A DNA stretch of 64,000 nt from Trichoplax adhaerens. Lineage: Eukaryota; Animalia; Placozoa. The notes below the pieces were generated by a model, which was not told where the DNA came from, did not search any database, and saw nothing but the letters and a program-made list of their open reading frames with translations. Shown here in pieces: positions 33,435-46,608 of the stretch. The first letter of the stretch is position 1; every line of letters starts with the position of its first letter. Made by a program: the position numbers and the translations under genes. The DNA is taken from contig NW_002060952.1 of the NCBI RefSeq assembly GCF_000150275.1, positions 1,041,095 through 1,105,094 on the forward strand, written 5' to 3'.

Positions 33435-36400
33435 ATGCCGCATTCAGGTATTGCAAAGAGTCAATTTGATTCATTCATTTGATGATCACTTTTTACTGAC
33501 ACTTACATAGTCAAATGTAGTCTATCGCTAAAGACGTGTAAGGTGGATAAATGATAGGGTGTGCTAATATTGACTAATAGGTATGCAACACCAACGCTAA
33601 AAACTTTATCTGATCCAGTCTTAATTATAGAGTATACTATTGCTAATGAAGTTGATAAACTGGAATACTGTATTTACCTTATTGACAACAACTATTACAC
33701 TTTCAATACAGAACATTTCCTCTGCTAGCTGCTGAAATTTGATTCAATTTGCAAAAATCGCCAATGTTTGACATGTTTATTAATGTTATCATATTACTTT
33801 ATATGAGATTGCGTATTGCTATCAAAAGATAGGTTAAGATCAGAAGACATAGATATCATCATATTCTACTTTATTGCATGCAATAATGAGACTATTATAC
33901 CACACGAAAAAATAATACTATAGCAGTACCGTAAAATTGTTAGCTTACAACTTGGCTTATCAGAATGTTTTTGAATGAAAATTTTTTATATTTTGTAAAC
34001 AACACTCAGTTTTTGTTCGCCTTCAGGGGCTATTTGGTTTTTATTTATTAGTCATATCATCCAGTCTGTTTACATTTTATAACTAGAATCAGTTTTAATA
34101 TTATTTGCTAGCTTATTATTAAATCTAGCACAAGTGCAGTAGGATAGAAAATGGGGAATTATGCTTTATGATATTTAAAGTGTGGGTAAAGCATGATTTC
34201 TTTATAGCAAAATAGAATAAGACATTGATAGAGATTGATAGCTTTTTAACTGCAATATAACAAGTATACTCATCATTCATATTTTGTAGTGAGATAGGTA
34301 AAACTACTGATAGTAGTTGGGATGGGAAGTCGTTGTTGTTATTATTGTAGCATGTATAATTTTTCTTATATACTCTTATTAAAATTCGTATTACTTGATT
34401 ATAGGCCGCTGTTTTTCTTATACAATAATATTGAAATTTGTTTACAACATGTGCCAGTAGTATAATGATACTCTGCAAAATCTATTTTGTTATTCCATAT
34501 TTCAATCAATACAGTTAAAAATACGATTCATTAACTTTATTGATGGTTTATTGCAGTATTGTAGACTTAGCCTTTTATCTATTGTTGATATTGATGAGTA
34601 GCCCTTGGAGTTCATTGATCGCAGCTGGAGTGGTTTCTAATTATAGTCTATAAAGTGTCTGTATTCCTTCCAGTTACAACTATATGATTAAATAATTTCC
34701 GTTAGGTTAACGACTCTGGTCAAGAAATAATCATATCTTTCCTTTCCAGCTAAAGTAATAGGATATAACCGATAATATTCTACAATACTATAGTCGTAAG
34801 AATCAAAAATTACATTTAAATCTAAAATTTTAAATTCTTTACAGTAATGTAAAACAATACCCTAGGAGAGCTGAGTTAAGATTTGACGGATAGACCTTAT
34901 ATCGTCTATCATTAGAAATTGCTTGATAGCGACTACTCTATACGATTCAATAGTAATGCAATAAGATATTATGAAAAATACAAAAATAACTTGTTTCGAT
35001 TGGTTAATATTTGATTTTATTTTATTCCTAGGTATCTCATACTGGTAGTTGTCAGATTATGATTGACTTGACAATATTTATTCGTTACAACCTATTGAAT
35101 TTTCATTAAAGTACTCCATTCTATAGAATTAGATAAAGATCAAAACAATTTGTTATTGAGGATCAACAACAAAATGACAATAAAAAGGGTAGCCCGCCTC
35201 TATTGATAGAACTGTTATTACTACAAACTTTGACATTTGTACGAAATTAAAAAAAATAGAGCATTATAATTCAATAGACTTTAAGATAGAAAAGCCCATC
35301 ATAGACTAGCCATATTTTGTATATTGTTATAGATAAAGCAAGCAACAAGAAGTAATAATAGAAATAGTTAAAAAGACCGAGTGGGTTGTTTATTCGTATT
35401 ATTGAAGTTGAATTTTTTTTGTAATTAAAATAAGTTGTAATAGCTATATAAGAAGATGATCCCATTGGCCTATCTTATATTCCCTTATGCAACAATTAAC
35501 TCCATGCATAGTTCTATTAATAAAATACACTGCAGTTGTTGTTTTCAATTTCATCATACCAATCTATGCAGAATATTATAATTCAAACCAATGTATTATT
35601 TCCATTGATGGAAGTTAAGTTTATATTATAGAATTATCAAAAAAATGATCACGATATTAATTTCATAACTTCCACTTCTGTACCAGTAAAAAATAGCTAG
35701 TCGATAACACTCATTGCTATATGCATAGAATTATTGCGATACTCCATTAAAAAGATATACAGTAGTTATGGACTATTAGATCCAATTTTTTTTTCTTTTT
35801 CTAAAAACGTAAATGTAAATTATTATTGGGTATTGAATTATTTTATAGAAAAGGTTGACTATTTTTAATTAAAAACACCATACATTAGCTTTCATCAATG
35901 GTGCGACTTCTTATTGCTCATTAATGACAGAAGGGTATTTATTTTTATTCCTAAACGTTTATTTTATTGATCAACATCAATACCATTCATTTTTAACTAC
36001 ACTATATGTTATTTTGTATTCAGCTCTATAGTTTGATTTGAAATAATAAGTAGAAAAATATGTTTTTACATTATTTCTATATACGTTCTGCACAAATAAG
36101 GGTCGATCTGACATCTGTATACATATTATGGCTATTTTAGTAACATGCGCGGATATTGTATTTTTGTTACAGTGCTTTGATTGCCTGGTTCTAAGTAAAA
36201 ATAAACTACCCAAATTTCTATCTACTTAATTGAAAGTGCAGTAGAATGCTCTAAACTGCTGTATATGGGGTTACGGGAATGAAATGTAACTGTATCAATT
36301 TTTATGCATTTATCTTGACTGACATAAATATCTCAATTTTAATCGATATTGCTCTTAGTATTTACTACACAATTTGTTTTCAATGCTATTTTCATAATAT

Positions 36401-39330
36401 AGTTAAAATCCATTGATTTTATCTATCCACCTAGCCCACACACAAATATTATGATCAAATATCCTAACAATTGTTTAATTTTTAATATCAACAACCAATG
36501 GCCATTATATATGATAACATTTACGATTAAAAACATCAGTTATACATGTAAGGCCACATGAATTGCCAAACTGCTATTAACGGTAATAAATTGCAATTGG
36601 AAATTGGTTAACACATTAAATAACGGCATTTTGCGTATCTTTAGTTCTATCATATAGTTCGATAGCTATTCATGGATAATGAATTATGATGTTGTTATAA
36701 ATTAATCAGCCATGCTAATAAATATATCTCATTTCTACTGTTGTCAACTTTTAGGACATGTTACAATTAATCAGCTTGGTGGCGTGTTTGAAAATGGAAG
36801 GCCACTGCGTGAAGCAATACGTCGTCATATCGTTCAATTAGCTCAAAGTGGTGTTCGTCCGTGTGATATATCACGCCAATTACGAGTATCACATGGATGT
36901 GTCAGTAAGATATTATGTCGATATTATCAAACGGGTTCTGTTAGCCCAGGTATTATTGGAGGAAGCAAGCCTAAGGTGGCAACACCAACGGTAGTTGATA
37001 AAATTGCTGAATATAAAAGGAATAATTCAACGATATTTGCGTGGGAAATTCGTGAAAAATTGCTAGGCGATAAAATTTGCGACGCTAGCAATGTACCTAG
37101 TGTTAGTTCAATCAATCGGATTGTCAGAAGTAAAGTTCTCAGCGCCTACAAGTATAACGACGGCAATCATAGCAGGAAACAATCAGCTCTCTCTACTGGA
37201 GTAGAAGCATCATGTCATTATAGAATTAACGACCTATTAGGTATTCCACAACCCCAGACATCATCTGTTGGCCATTACAAGACTGTTAATTCATCCATAC
37301 AAGCTAACGATGCGGGCCTTGTTAACGATTATACGAATAAATCAAGTAAGTTAAATTGGTCCATACTATTGTTATTATTAGTTGGTGTATATACATCACC
37401 AGTCAACAATACGCTGTAGCAGGTGATAATTTGTAGTTTATACTATAGATAAGTTAGTATCAAGTATGACTAATTAGATCATTTTCTTAACTTTAATCCA
37501 TGCAGAGGCAATACAATAATAAAAAGAGTTTTTTTAATTAATCCTGCCGATTTTGTTGTGAATAGACTTAATTTACAGTTCTAAAATGGATCATCAAGCT
37601 GCAGATTTAAAGCTACAAAAATTACGTCGCAATAGAACAATGTTTACCGATGAGCAGATTAAGAAGTTAGAAGATATTTTTAAATCAACACAGTATCCTG
37701 ATGTTTATACCCGAGAAGAATTGGCTTCAAAAATTGGATTATCTGAAGCTCGTGTTCAGGTAGAAATAACAATGATGTTCATTATCATCAACTACTAGTT
37801 AATTGAACTTAATCACGGCTGTGTCTAAATAGCTAAAATAAAATCGTTATACGGTCATCATATCTTTGATAAGTTATTACTCGTTATCCTTTACTAATAC
37901 TAGCTTGAATTCAATTAGGTATGGTTTAGCAATCGTCGCGCAAAATGGCGTAAAGAGGGAAAACATCGAAGCCCAAGCAAACTATCTAATGATGGATCTA
38001 CTACGTTATTTAATTCAAAAAGCACCAATTCAAGCGTTAGTGAACAATCTGATGTCTTGCATGATGCTATGGCCAATTCCAAAAAAAATACCTGTACCAT
38101 AGATATGTCAAGCGACGAAGTAGACGACATAACTAACTATTCTCATTTGCAATCAGCGTCGGAAGTTAACTATTCTCAACTGGATGGTTGTAATTATGAT
38201 GGCAGTATTGCGCTAACAGTAGCAGATCATCATGGAAATGAGAGCCTTTTAAAAAATTTCAACACTACAGTAGGTAAACACCAATCAATATAATATTAAC
38301 ATTGCAGGAAATGTTAGGATTGAAATTGATGACTTTAGTCCATTTCTATTATATTACTACAATTTCTATATAGCGTAACTACAGACAGGAAATAACTTCT
38401 ATGCTAACTGTGTGCCCTAAAACTATGATATTTATGCATGTCTATACTCTATAAGTATAAGGATAATCTTAATATTAAAAGTTCAATCAGAAATAATGTC
38501 CTTTTGTGAGGTACAGTATAGTACTATCATTATTGAGGAAGCTCAATTGAAACAGTAAATCAACTTAAAACAAACAAGGCTTGTAATAACATCCTTCTTA
38601 GCTACCTTATTGAATTGTATATAGATTTACTATATTATTCAGTATACTGTAAACTTAATAAGTGTAGTCAGTAATGAGTTAAAAGTTATGATGATTTGGC
38701 ATACAAAATTAGACTATCAACATGAATACTTAACTGGACAACTCTGTACTTTACCTTTTCGTTTTTAATTTCAATTTGGTGTAAGCGGCATTATATTCGT
38801 ATTAAGAAAATGCCAAGATTTACTGACATTTATCTCACCTATGTCTATTCATAGGTCAGACGTCAACATCTTTCGACAGTAAATCTCAATCGAATGCTAT
38901 AATACAGCCAAATTCATCGGCAGTTAGTGTCCTTAGCGGCTATAATGGACAATATGAACAGGCATCATTTTCTAGTGGCAATATGTGCAATAATACTCCA
39001 TTACCTATCGCTAATGGGACTAGTATATCGACTGTACATGGCATGACTGATAGCTTGCATCAAAGCATCAATACTGCAATCCATGATAATAGTGTACAAA
39101 TGAATAAGGTTTCCGGTACTCAGCCTTCTGTACAGTTAGCACATAACGATTATCCTCTGCAAAAAAGTCTGCAGCCCCCATGCGTTGTTCAAGCTTCATC
39201 TATTTTCAAATCAGATTATAGCGGTTATGATACAACATCGCGGAATGCTTTTGTTCCACAATCAACACAGCCGCATCCGCCTGTTATGGTATTCTATCAC
39301 GTCCCTTCTGCTGTGACTTCCTATATGTAG
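33435..39330 (+). CDS. PaxB: PaxB (Pax2/5/8-type paired domain, octapeptide, complete paired-type homeodomain), 5 coding exons, ~542 aa
   Basis: Exons 33435-33447 (MPHS), 36755-37345, 37566-37759, 37919-38273, 38855-39330. Paired domain [18 protein letters not shown]...[17 protein letters not shown]...FAWEIR...[12 protein letters not shown]; octapeptide YRINDLLG; homeodomain [12 protein letters not shown]...EARVQ|[12 protein letters not shown] (Ser50). The 13-nt first exon is the least certain part. Confidence 0.93.
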
Positions 39331-42300
39331 CCATCAAATATAGCTGTAATTCTAACTTTAAACTCCATAATGCATTATATCACATCATCGGTTACGATAT
39401 TGGTTACTGTAACGTAGGAATTGCCAATGCTAAATTATTTAATTGTTAACCATCTTAATCATATGATTGACAGATAGTGCTACAATGAAACCGAGATTTC
39501 TTAAATCTAGATGATAACTAATTGATTAATTGCATTTGATCAATCCACCTTATCGTGGTGGAATTGCAGCACTGCAGTAGTTGTATCGACTTGATCTATA
39601 GGATCAATAATTCAATAAGTAATTTAGTTATTATTCTAGATTCTTGTAATGTTATCATTCCTAGCCGGATAGAATGTTTAAGATTCATCAATTAATTATT
39701 AATGATATAAACGGTGCAATATAGTGCTGTACATTGGCGTAAAACGAAAAACAAAACAATATGCTTCACGGTAAGCACATTGCAGTACAGTAACAGTACT
39801 GTATTTTATCAATATAATGCGATATGGCATTGCATAGTGCAAAATTATACTGTACAGTCTATCTTCGAATCTTAAAATATTATAAACATCAACCATGTGC
39901 AATGCTTTCCTCGACCTACATCAGTTGACTATGTCGTTATCGTGTGGCTACACTTTTCACAATATGAATTTCAATATTCTATCGAGCTGTACAAATGTAC
40001 ATGACATTTCTGATCTTTTATTCGATTAAAGATTTGACTGAAAATGATATGACTAAATCTGTATTGTTGTATTTAATGATTGGTCATAGTTGTTGGTTTC
40101 AAGTTGCCTGATTTTACTTTCGTTCGATAACCTAAGATAGCAAATTAAATTGGATAAAAAAGAAAATAGTTGAAAGTCTGGCTAGTTCGTCGATATTTGT
40201 TACTGTGTATTTTAGAATAGCGTTGTCAATTTTAGGGAGAACGGTGCTGTGTACGCTAGTCCTAATTTCTCGCATTAAAATATCGTCAACGAAGACATTC
40301 CTAAACTATTTTCTATTCTACTGTATATCGATGTACGCGCGCATACAGCATGGCCGTAAGTTAGTATTCAACATGCACATAGACGATTTTATAGCTACCA
40401 AAATTTTATAGGGACTGTACGACAGTCGTAAAAATGTCGATCTATCATTTCCAGGTGGTGAATAAATTATGAATTTATTTATTGTAGGGTAGTTACTATC
40501 TATTCAAAACAGAGCATTCCCCAAAAGAGATACTCCCATTTTAGTTCAGTTTTAATCGAAGTTTGAGATCTTTACTGCATTAATGTAATTGATTTCGCAT
40601 TTAAGTATTTATTGAAACGATGAAGCGATATACTACTAGACATTTTGTTTTTTTTCGTGCGCTTGATAAGGTTTCTACCAATATTTCATTCTGCTGTACT
40701 CTTGTAATCTTTTACATTACTTCCTCTAGCTGAGTTATATTAATGACAAATCATGCACTGTATGACAATGAAAGCTGCTAGAAAAGACAACGCAAAAAAT
40801 CTCAACCATTATTATTTGGTTACTGTTATTTTTTGTTTTCGTACTTAGGAATAGAAACACTTTACATTACGTAATAATGCATACGAATCATAGAATGTCG
40901 TTGATTAAGATATTCTATAGCGTTGTAGTCTACAACTTGCTGACTTATGCATGCACTAGGTCGAGACTATTTCAATAGAATATGATGGGATAATATAATA
41001 CGAGTATATATTATCGAATTGACCTTAGTAATATATTCTGAAGGTACCGGGATTACTTTATAGCATATCCACTGAATAGCTACGATGGTATGAATAAGGA
41101 AGACAATTTGTAACTGCCTACTGATTCAAGTAGCCAGTATAACACTATGTTACATTGTACGGTGGTGAGGGAAAGGTCAACGGAAGTTTACTCTATACAG
41201 TACGCTAGATAATATGAATTTGTCTCACATTTTACGGCTCATTAATTATTGATATCCATAATTAAAATAATTCATGGAAATTGAATAGGCTGTGTAACAA
41301 ATTATGGGCATTTTGTGATTTGTTTAATTGATAGATACATTTTATACGCTACAAAGCATTTGTACTTAATTTGCCATGTATAATGATCGGTTTGACTTGG
41401 CATATTTGTTCACAGTTCCTATTCTAGTTTTACGTTATACGTATACTGTACGATCTATAATTTACTGTACAGTACTGATCATAACTATAATGAATTCATT
41501 ACGATATTATACATTGAAGTTGTAAATAGTGCGTGTATAAATGTCATAGTGTTTAGTAAATAATATAATGGAAATTGGCTAAAATAGCACCAATTATTTT
41601 TTTGGGTATCAGTATATAGAGCAATAGTTCTTTTTTGACTTAAATGAGATTCTCCATTTTTATACTAGCTATTATAGCTTACGTACTCCATGAATTAGTA
41701 CAATCACTGAAATGATTCGTGATTTAAAGAGAAAGCGATGCATTTCCAACCTTTCTACTCATTTCTGCGACCGATTTGTATCAATTTTAGTCAATAACGT
41801 ACGAAGTTTCAAGCATGCAAAAGACGAGTTACAGAAATACTTCCATGACTCTCGACTCGATTATAATTAGAATTCAATAGTCTACATTGACTCTATTTCG
41901 TCTATTTTTAGCAGAATTAGAGAAATAGCGCAATGACTGCCCATCTCCTTAAATCATTGATCACCTACGTGTTTTTACAAATTGGCAGAATTGGTAAACT
42001 AGCGGTGATATGCATAGGATTGCTCCTACTCTTACTGATTCTGCACTTTATTTTTCCCCCAATTTTGCAAATATCGCATTGACTTCCCCATCCTTGATAA
42101 AATGGCTGTACAGTTCAATATGCGGGGCATTTTTTGACGAAATTCGGTTAATTTTTTATATTTTCCACCAGTAAGCTCTGATGGGCATTGATGTATAAGA
42201 TTATGCTACATTGGTTAATACTAAAGTGTTGAACTTCATATTCAAGAATTGGAAACGAAACGGATCAAACTGTACTACTAGAAAAAAGACAGACGGACTT

Positions 42301-42544
42301 TTCCTACCCAATGGGGGCCGTCAATATCGAAAAATAACTATTTAGTATGGATCTACCATGTCTGTTTTCGAAATCACGGGTAGTAATTTCAATAGAGTCT
42401 ATAATCTTATATTCAGCCTGTTTTCAAGCAGAATTTATGCTAAAGTGATGCCATAACAAAGTGTTTGGCACAATCCTCTGACGAAAGGAGGCCGGAAATG
42501 TCTGCCTCTCAATAGTGCCACAGACGTCACTGGTCTGTCAGCGG

Positions 42545-42790
42545 TACGTTACAGTAGTACAGCACAGTACAGTACAGCACACTGAGCACAGTACTGTACA
42601 CTGTACAGTACAGTGTACAGTACAGTGTACAGTACAGTACGGTACTATGTGGATAATACGGTACACTGTAGAGCCCATTCCACAGTGCACAGTACTGCAC
42701 TCTAATTGTACAGTACTGTAGTGCATAGTACTGTACAATACAGTACTGTAAGCAGTCATAGTCGTTCAACGACGTTGTTTAGTACTGTAC
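42545..42790. repeat. TACAG/CTGTA array upstream of ATAD1
   Basis: Runs of CAGTA, TACAGTGTACAG and AGTACTGTA ending ~90 bp before the ATG at 42878. Confidence 0.9.
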
Positions 42791-42877
42791 GTGTACGCAT
42801 GCACTATAACTCATTCTCTACGCTCTTCCTTGGATTAGTATTGCATCAAATTATTCAACTTTAAATCGATTCTCATC

Positions 42878-45800
42878 ATGGCCTTTCAAAGTTTACTTGG
42901 CAAAGAAAAGACTATTGGAAATAGCATTATACGACCGCTTGTGGAAATTGCTTTGGGCTGTACACTAGCTTATGTCGTAGGCAAGTGGGTCTATGAGCTG
43001 GCAGATCCGACTCAAAGAGCTAAGCGAGAAGCAAAGGAAATGGTAACTTTATTATTAGCGGACTACACATTCACTATTTTTCTAGACTACATTCAAGATT
43101 GACCTCTTAGATACTAAGTACATCCTTTAATTCCATACTATCAATATTATAACCATGAAATCATTTTAAGTGAATAGTATAACCATCAGATTTGTACGAA
43201 AGCTATCAAGTGGAAAAATATCAGATCAACAGCATCTTTAGTGTCGATACTACTATGACTATCCGTTGTACCAATCCATTCATTTTCTGTCCAGATTATG
43301 CGTACCGTATACTATAATTCGAGTATATTGTAGGATGATTAGGAATTAATTTGTGGCATACCAGCTATTAGTGTTATTGACAATGGTACGTTCCACTAAA
43401 CGTGTGTCTGTTAATCTTATAAGCTACGCGTAGTAGGATTCTAGGAGAAATATCTATACTAACTCGTATTACCAATAATTCATTAATGATTGTTTGTATA
43501 AACAAACTTACTGGATGGCTCAATGTTGGGCTCTCAATAGTGTTCATGCACGTATGCGTATTCCTCTTAGTTTATCTCTGTTTACTAGTGCATACGGATA
43601 TACCTTACTAGAGTTGGATTATTCGCTGGTAGTTGATGATGATTGATGGCTAATTAGACATGGTGATGTGGTACAGTATGCTATACATTGAAACGGTATT
43701 CCGCACATCAGCGAATACGACATACCTTCGAAGCTATCATCAGCCGATCGTACTGATACAGTAATGAAAGTAAATAGCAAGCATGCACAGTTTATTTCAG
43801 GCTGCATACTAGCCTAGAGTAACCATTTCTGTCTTGCTATAGTGTCGGAATTAGAGCTTTATGGATTGTCTTGATACATTTTTGTAGGCGATTGCCAAGA
43901 GTTTATGATTCATTTTGAAACGTTCATAGCTTCATAGCCGTTTATTGTACTGTGTACCTATGGTGCATTTAATCTATTTTTATTGAAATTCTATAACAAA
44001 GTTATTTAAATACTGTATTTATGAGCATGTTTCTACCTTACTTGTGCATACATACAGAAATCTCACTAACTTGTTCTAATGTTATAGGCCAAAAATATTT
44101 TAAAGAATATAGGACTGGATAGCTCTAACATAAAGGTAAAATTAATTGTAAGAACTACTGTTGTAGCGGTGGTGGGTTAGAAGATTGCTTAAAAATGGTC
44201 TAAATATTGTCAAGACTAATTTTCGGCGATCTATGTATGATATTTTTCAAAATGGTTTACTATGTGTAATTTTCTCAGGTATATTGTAGTGATATGATTA
44301 TGAGTTATTGAATTGCTAATATTTAAGGTAATACTTCTGAACACTCGCGCAAGTAGTTTATCATATTAAATTCCTAACTTTCACAGGAATACTTGATTTG
44401 ATAGTGTGCTATTGTTCGATAAATTCTTTATTGATTTATCCTTGCATTAATATACCTTATTGGTCCTACTTTTATAGCTAAGCGACTATGAAATGAGCAT
44501 CGCTTCCCATTTAGTCGATCCTAAATCTGTTAATGTTTCGTGGGAAGATATTGGCGGCTTGGATGATGTTATCAATGAAATTCTGGAGACCGTTGTGTTA
44601 CCTTTCCGTAGGCAAGATTTATTTGTCGGTTCCAATTTGTTGAAACCACCTAGAGGTGTTTTGTTGTATGGTAATCCAGGATGTGGGAAAACGATGATTG
44701 CTAAAGCAACTGCTAGAGCAGCTGGTAATATGATCAGAATTGTTGCTAGCCTTTACTAACAGTTTGATTGTATAAGTCAAATTGCAACACAATATGAGTC
44801 AATCTGAACTAGATACGAGTATTTCGATAGTGTTTAACATATCATAAAGATATTGTCGTTAGTATCGCCTAAAAATTGGAATAAGATTCTTTCTTTGTAA
44901 CATATACATACCTAGAATTGTAACTTTAAAATTTATCATATAGGTTGCCATTTCATTAATTTACAAATATCTACTTTAACTGATAAATGGTATGGAGAAT
45001 CTCAAAAGTTGGCTGCTGCCGTATTCAGTTTGGCATATAAACTACAGCCTGTAATAATTTTCGTTGATGAAATCGATTCTTTCTTGCGCGCTCGTTCTTC
45101 CAATGATCATGAAGCTACGGCTATGATGAAAGCTCAGTTTATGAGCTTATGGGATGGTAATGTAATACATTTACTTCTTAGCTTTTATAATTTAGATGTT
45201 TCCCAAACAGAAACTTCATCAATTCATATGAGACGAATGAATGATTTTTGCCTGTGTATAGCCTATGTTGACTACAATGAAAACTTTTCCTAATTTCATC
45301 TTTGCAATAGGTTTATGTTCAGATGAGTCCGCAAACATTATGATTTTGGGTGCCACCAACCGTTTAGCTGATGTAGATGCTGCAATCTTACGTCGGATGC
45401 CTGCTCGCTTTCATATTCCTTTACCAGATTTGGCATGTCGTCGGCAAATAATTGGTAAAATCTTGAAAGATGAGAAGGTAAATTGCTAGCTTTTGCTCTT
45501 ATAACTTCTAAATTGAGTAATTGTAAGTTTAGCATAGTATGAAGATAGTAACTCTTTATTTAATGATCGATTATTACGATAAACTTGTTTGCTTACTAAA
45601 TGCTACATAGACTAAAGTTCATGTTAAGCTAAACGGTTTAATAATTAGTCGGAGAAGATTTTTAATAATATGCTGATATATTTTGTGACACGTAGCTGCG
45701 TAGGACATTAATAAGGCGTACAGTTATAAGAAATTGCGTTTATGTTGTTTATTTTAGTTGGCAGATGATGTAGTTTTGGATAATATAGCTCAATGTAGTG

Positions 45801-46012
45801 AAGGGTTGAGTGGAAGTGACTTACGTGAAGTATGTCGGTATGCTGCTGCTTGTCGCGTTAGAGATTACGTAAATCAGCAGGAGAATAATCAAAGTGACAA
45901 TGTAAGTATGCCATCGATGAGAATGACCGACTTTGAGCAAGGCATGCAAAAGCTACTGAAAAGTAAAGCCGATCTTTCCAACGATGCTATGAGCAAGATA
46001 TATAGTCAATAG
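42878..46012 (+). CDS. ATAD1: ATAD1/Msp1 membrane-anchored AAA+ extractase, 6 exons, ~364 aa
   Basis: Exons 42878-43042, 44088-44135, 44478-44724, 44944-45156, 45311-45477, 45758-46012. N-terminal hydrophobic anchor; [12 protein letters not shown]; Walker A GNPGCGKT; pore loop KWYGESQKL; Walker [10 protein letters not shown]; [18 protein letters not shown]; GATNR..D.AILRRMP. Confidence 0.95.
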
Positions 46013-46608
46013 CGATGTTTATTACGAGATGAAAAGCTCACTAGAGAACCTATCAATGAATATATGTCTTAATGTCTTGTATTACTAGCTATTAGCATTC
46101 GGGAATAATGCCGCAAATGTATAAGGCTATGGTATGAATATGGATTGTAAATATCATGCGCACCTCTAAGGTTAAAACGGTGCTATTGCGGTTGCAATTT
46201 CGTTATATACGGTTGTATTAATGTTATGAGTAGCCCTATAAACAAGCCGATATTGATTTGTATTGCTTATGTTTAAACGTTTATGTAATATTTTGATCAA
46301 ATGCAATTATATATGACAGATCTTGCAAAGAACAAAATATTAACTTAATTTAATAATCGTATCAATGTATTTGATTTACAAACAATTTTCAAATAATTTT
46401 TAAATGACTTGTATTCTTACAACTGAGAAGAACAATTATTTTAAAAGAATCTCTTCTGGAAATTGATGTTGGTTAATTAATAAAATAAATAATTCAATGG
46501 CATCACTATCAAAATCGCTAATTAAAAATAGTCATTTGTGAGATGGAAGTAACTTTGGTTGATAAAGATGACAGAAATTCGATATATGTATTTGCTATTA
46601 TTTTGTCG

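Noticed and set aside
41930-42190. GC-richer minus-strand segment with ~50-codon open frames between PaxB and ATAD1
   Set aside because: No recognisable domain or coherent splice structure; cannot be supported without a homology search.
42515-42769. Cys/Thr/Val/Tyr-rich ORFs (also 13552-13842, 50442-50657, 52455-52712, 55023-55683)
   Set aside because: They are translations of TACAG/CTGTA repeats, which lack stops in several frames; no protein-like complexity.
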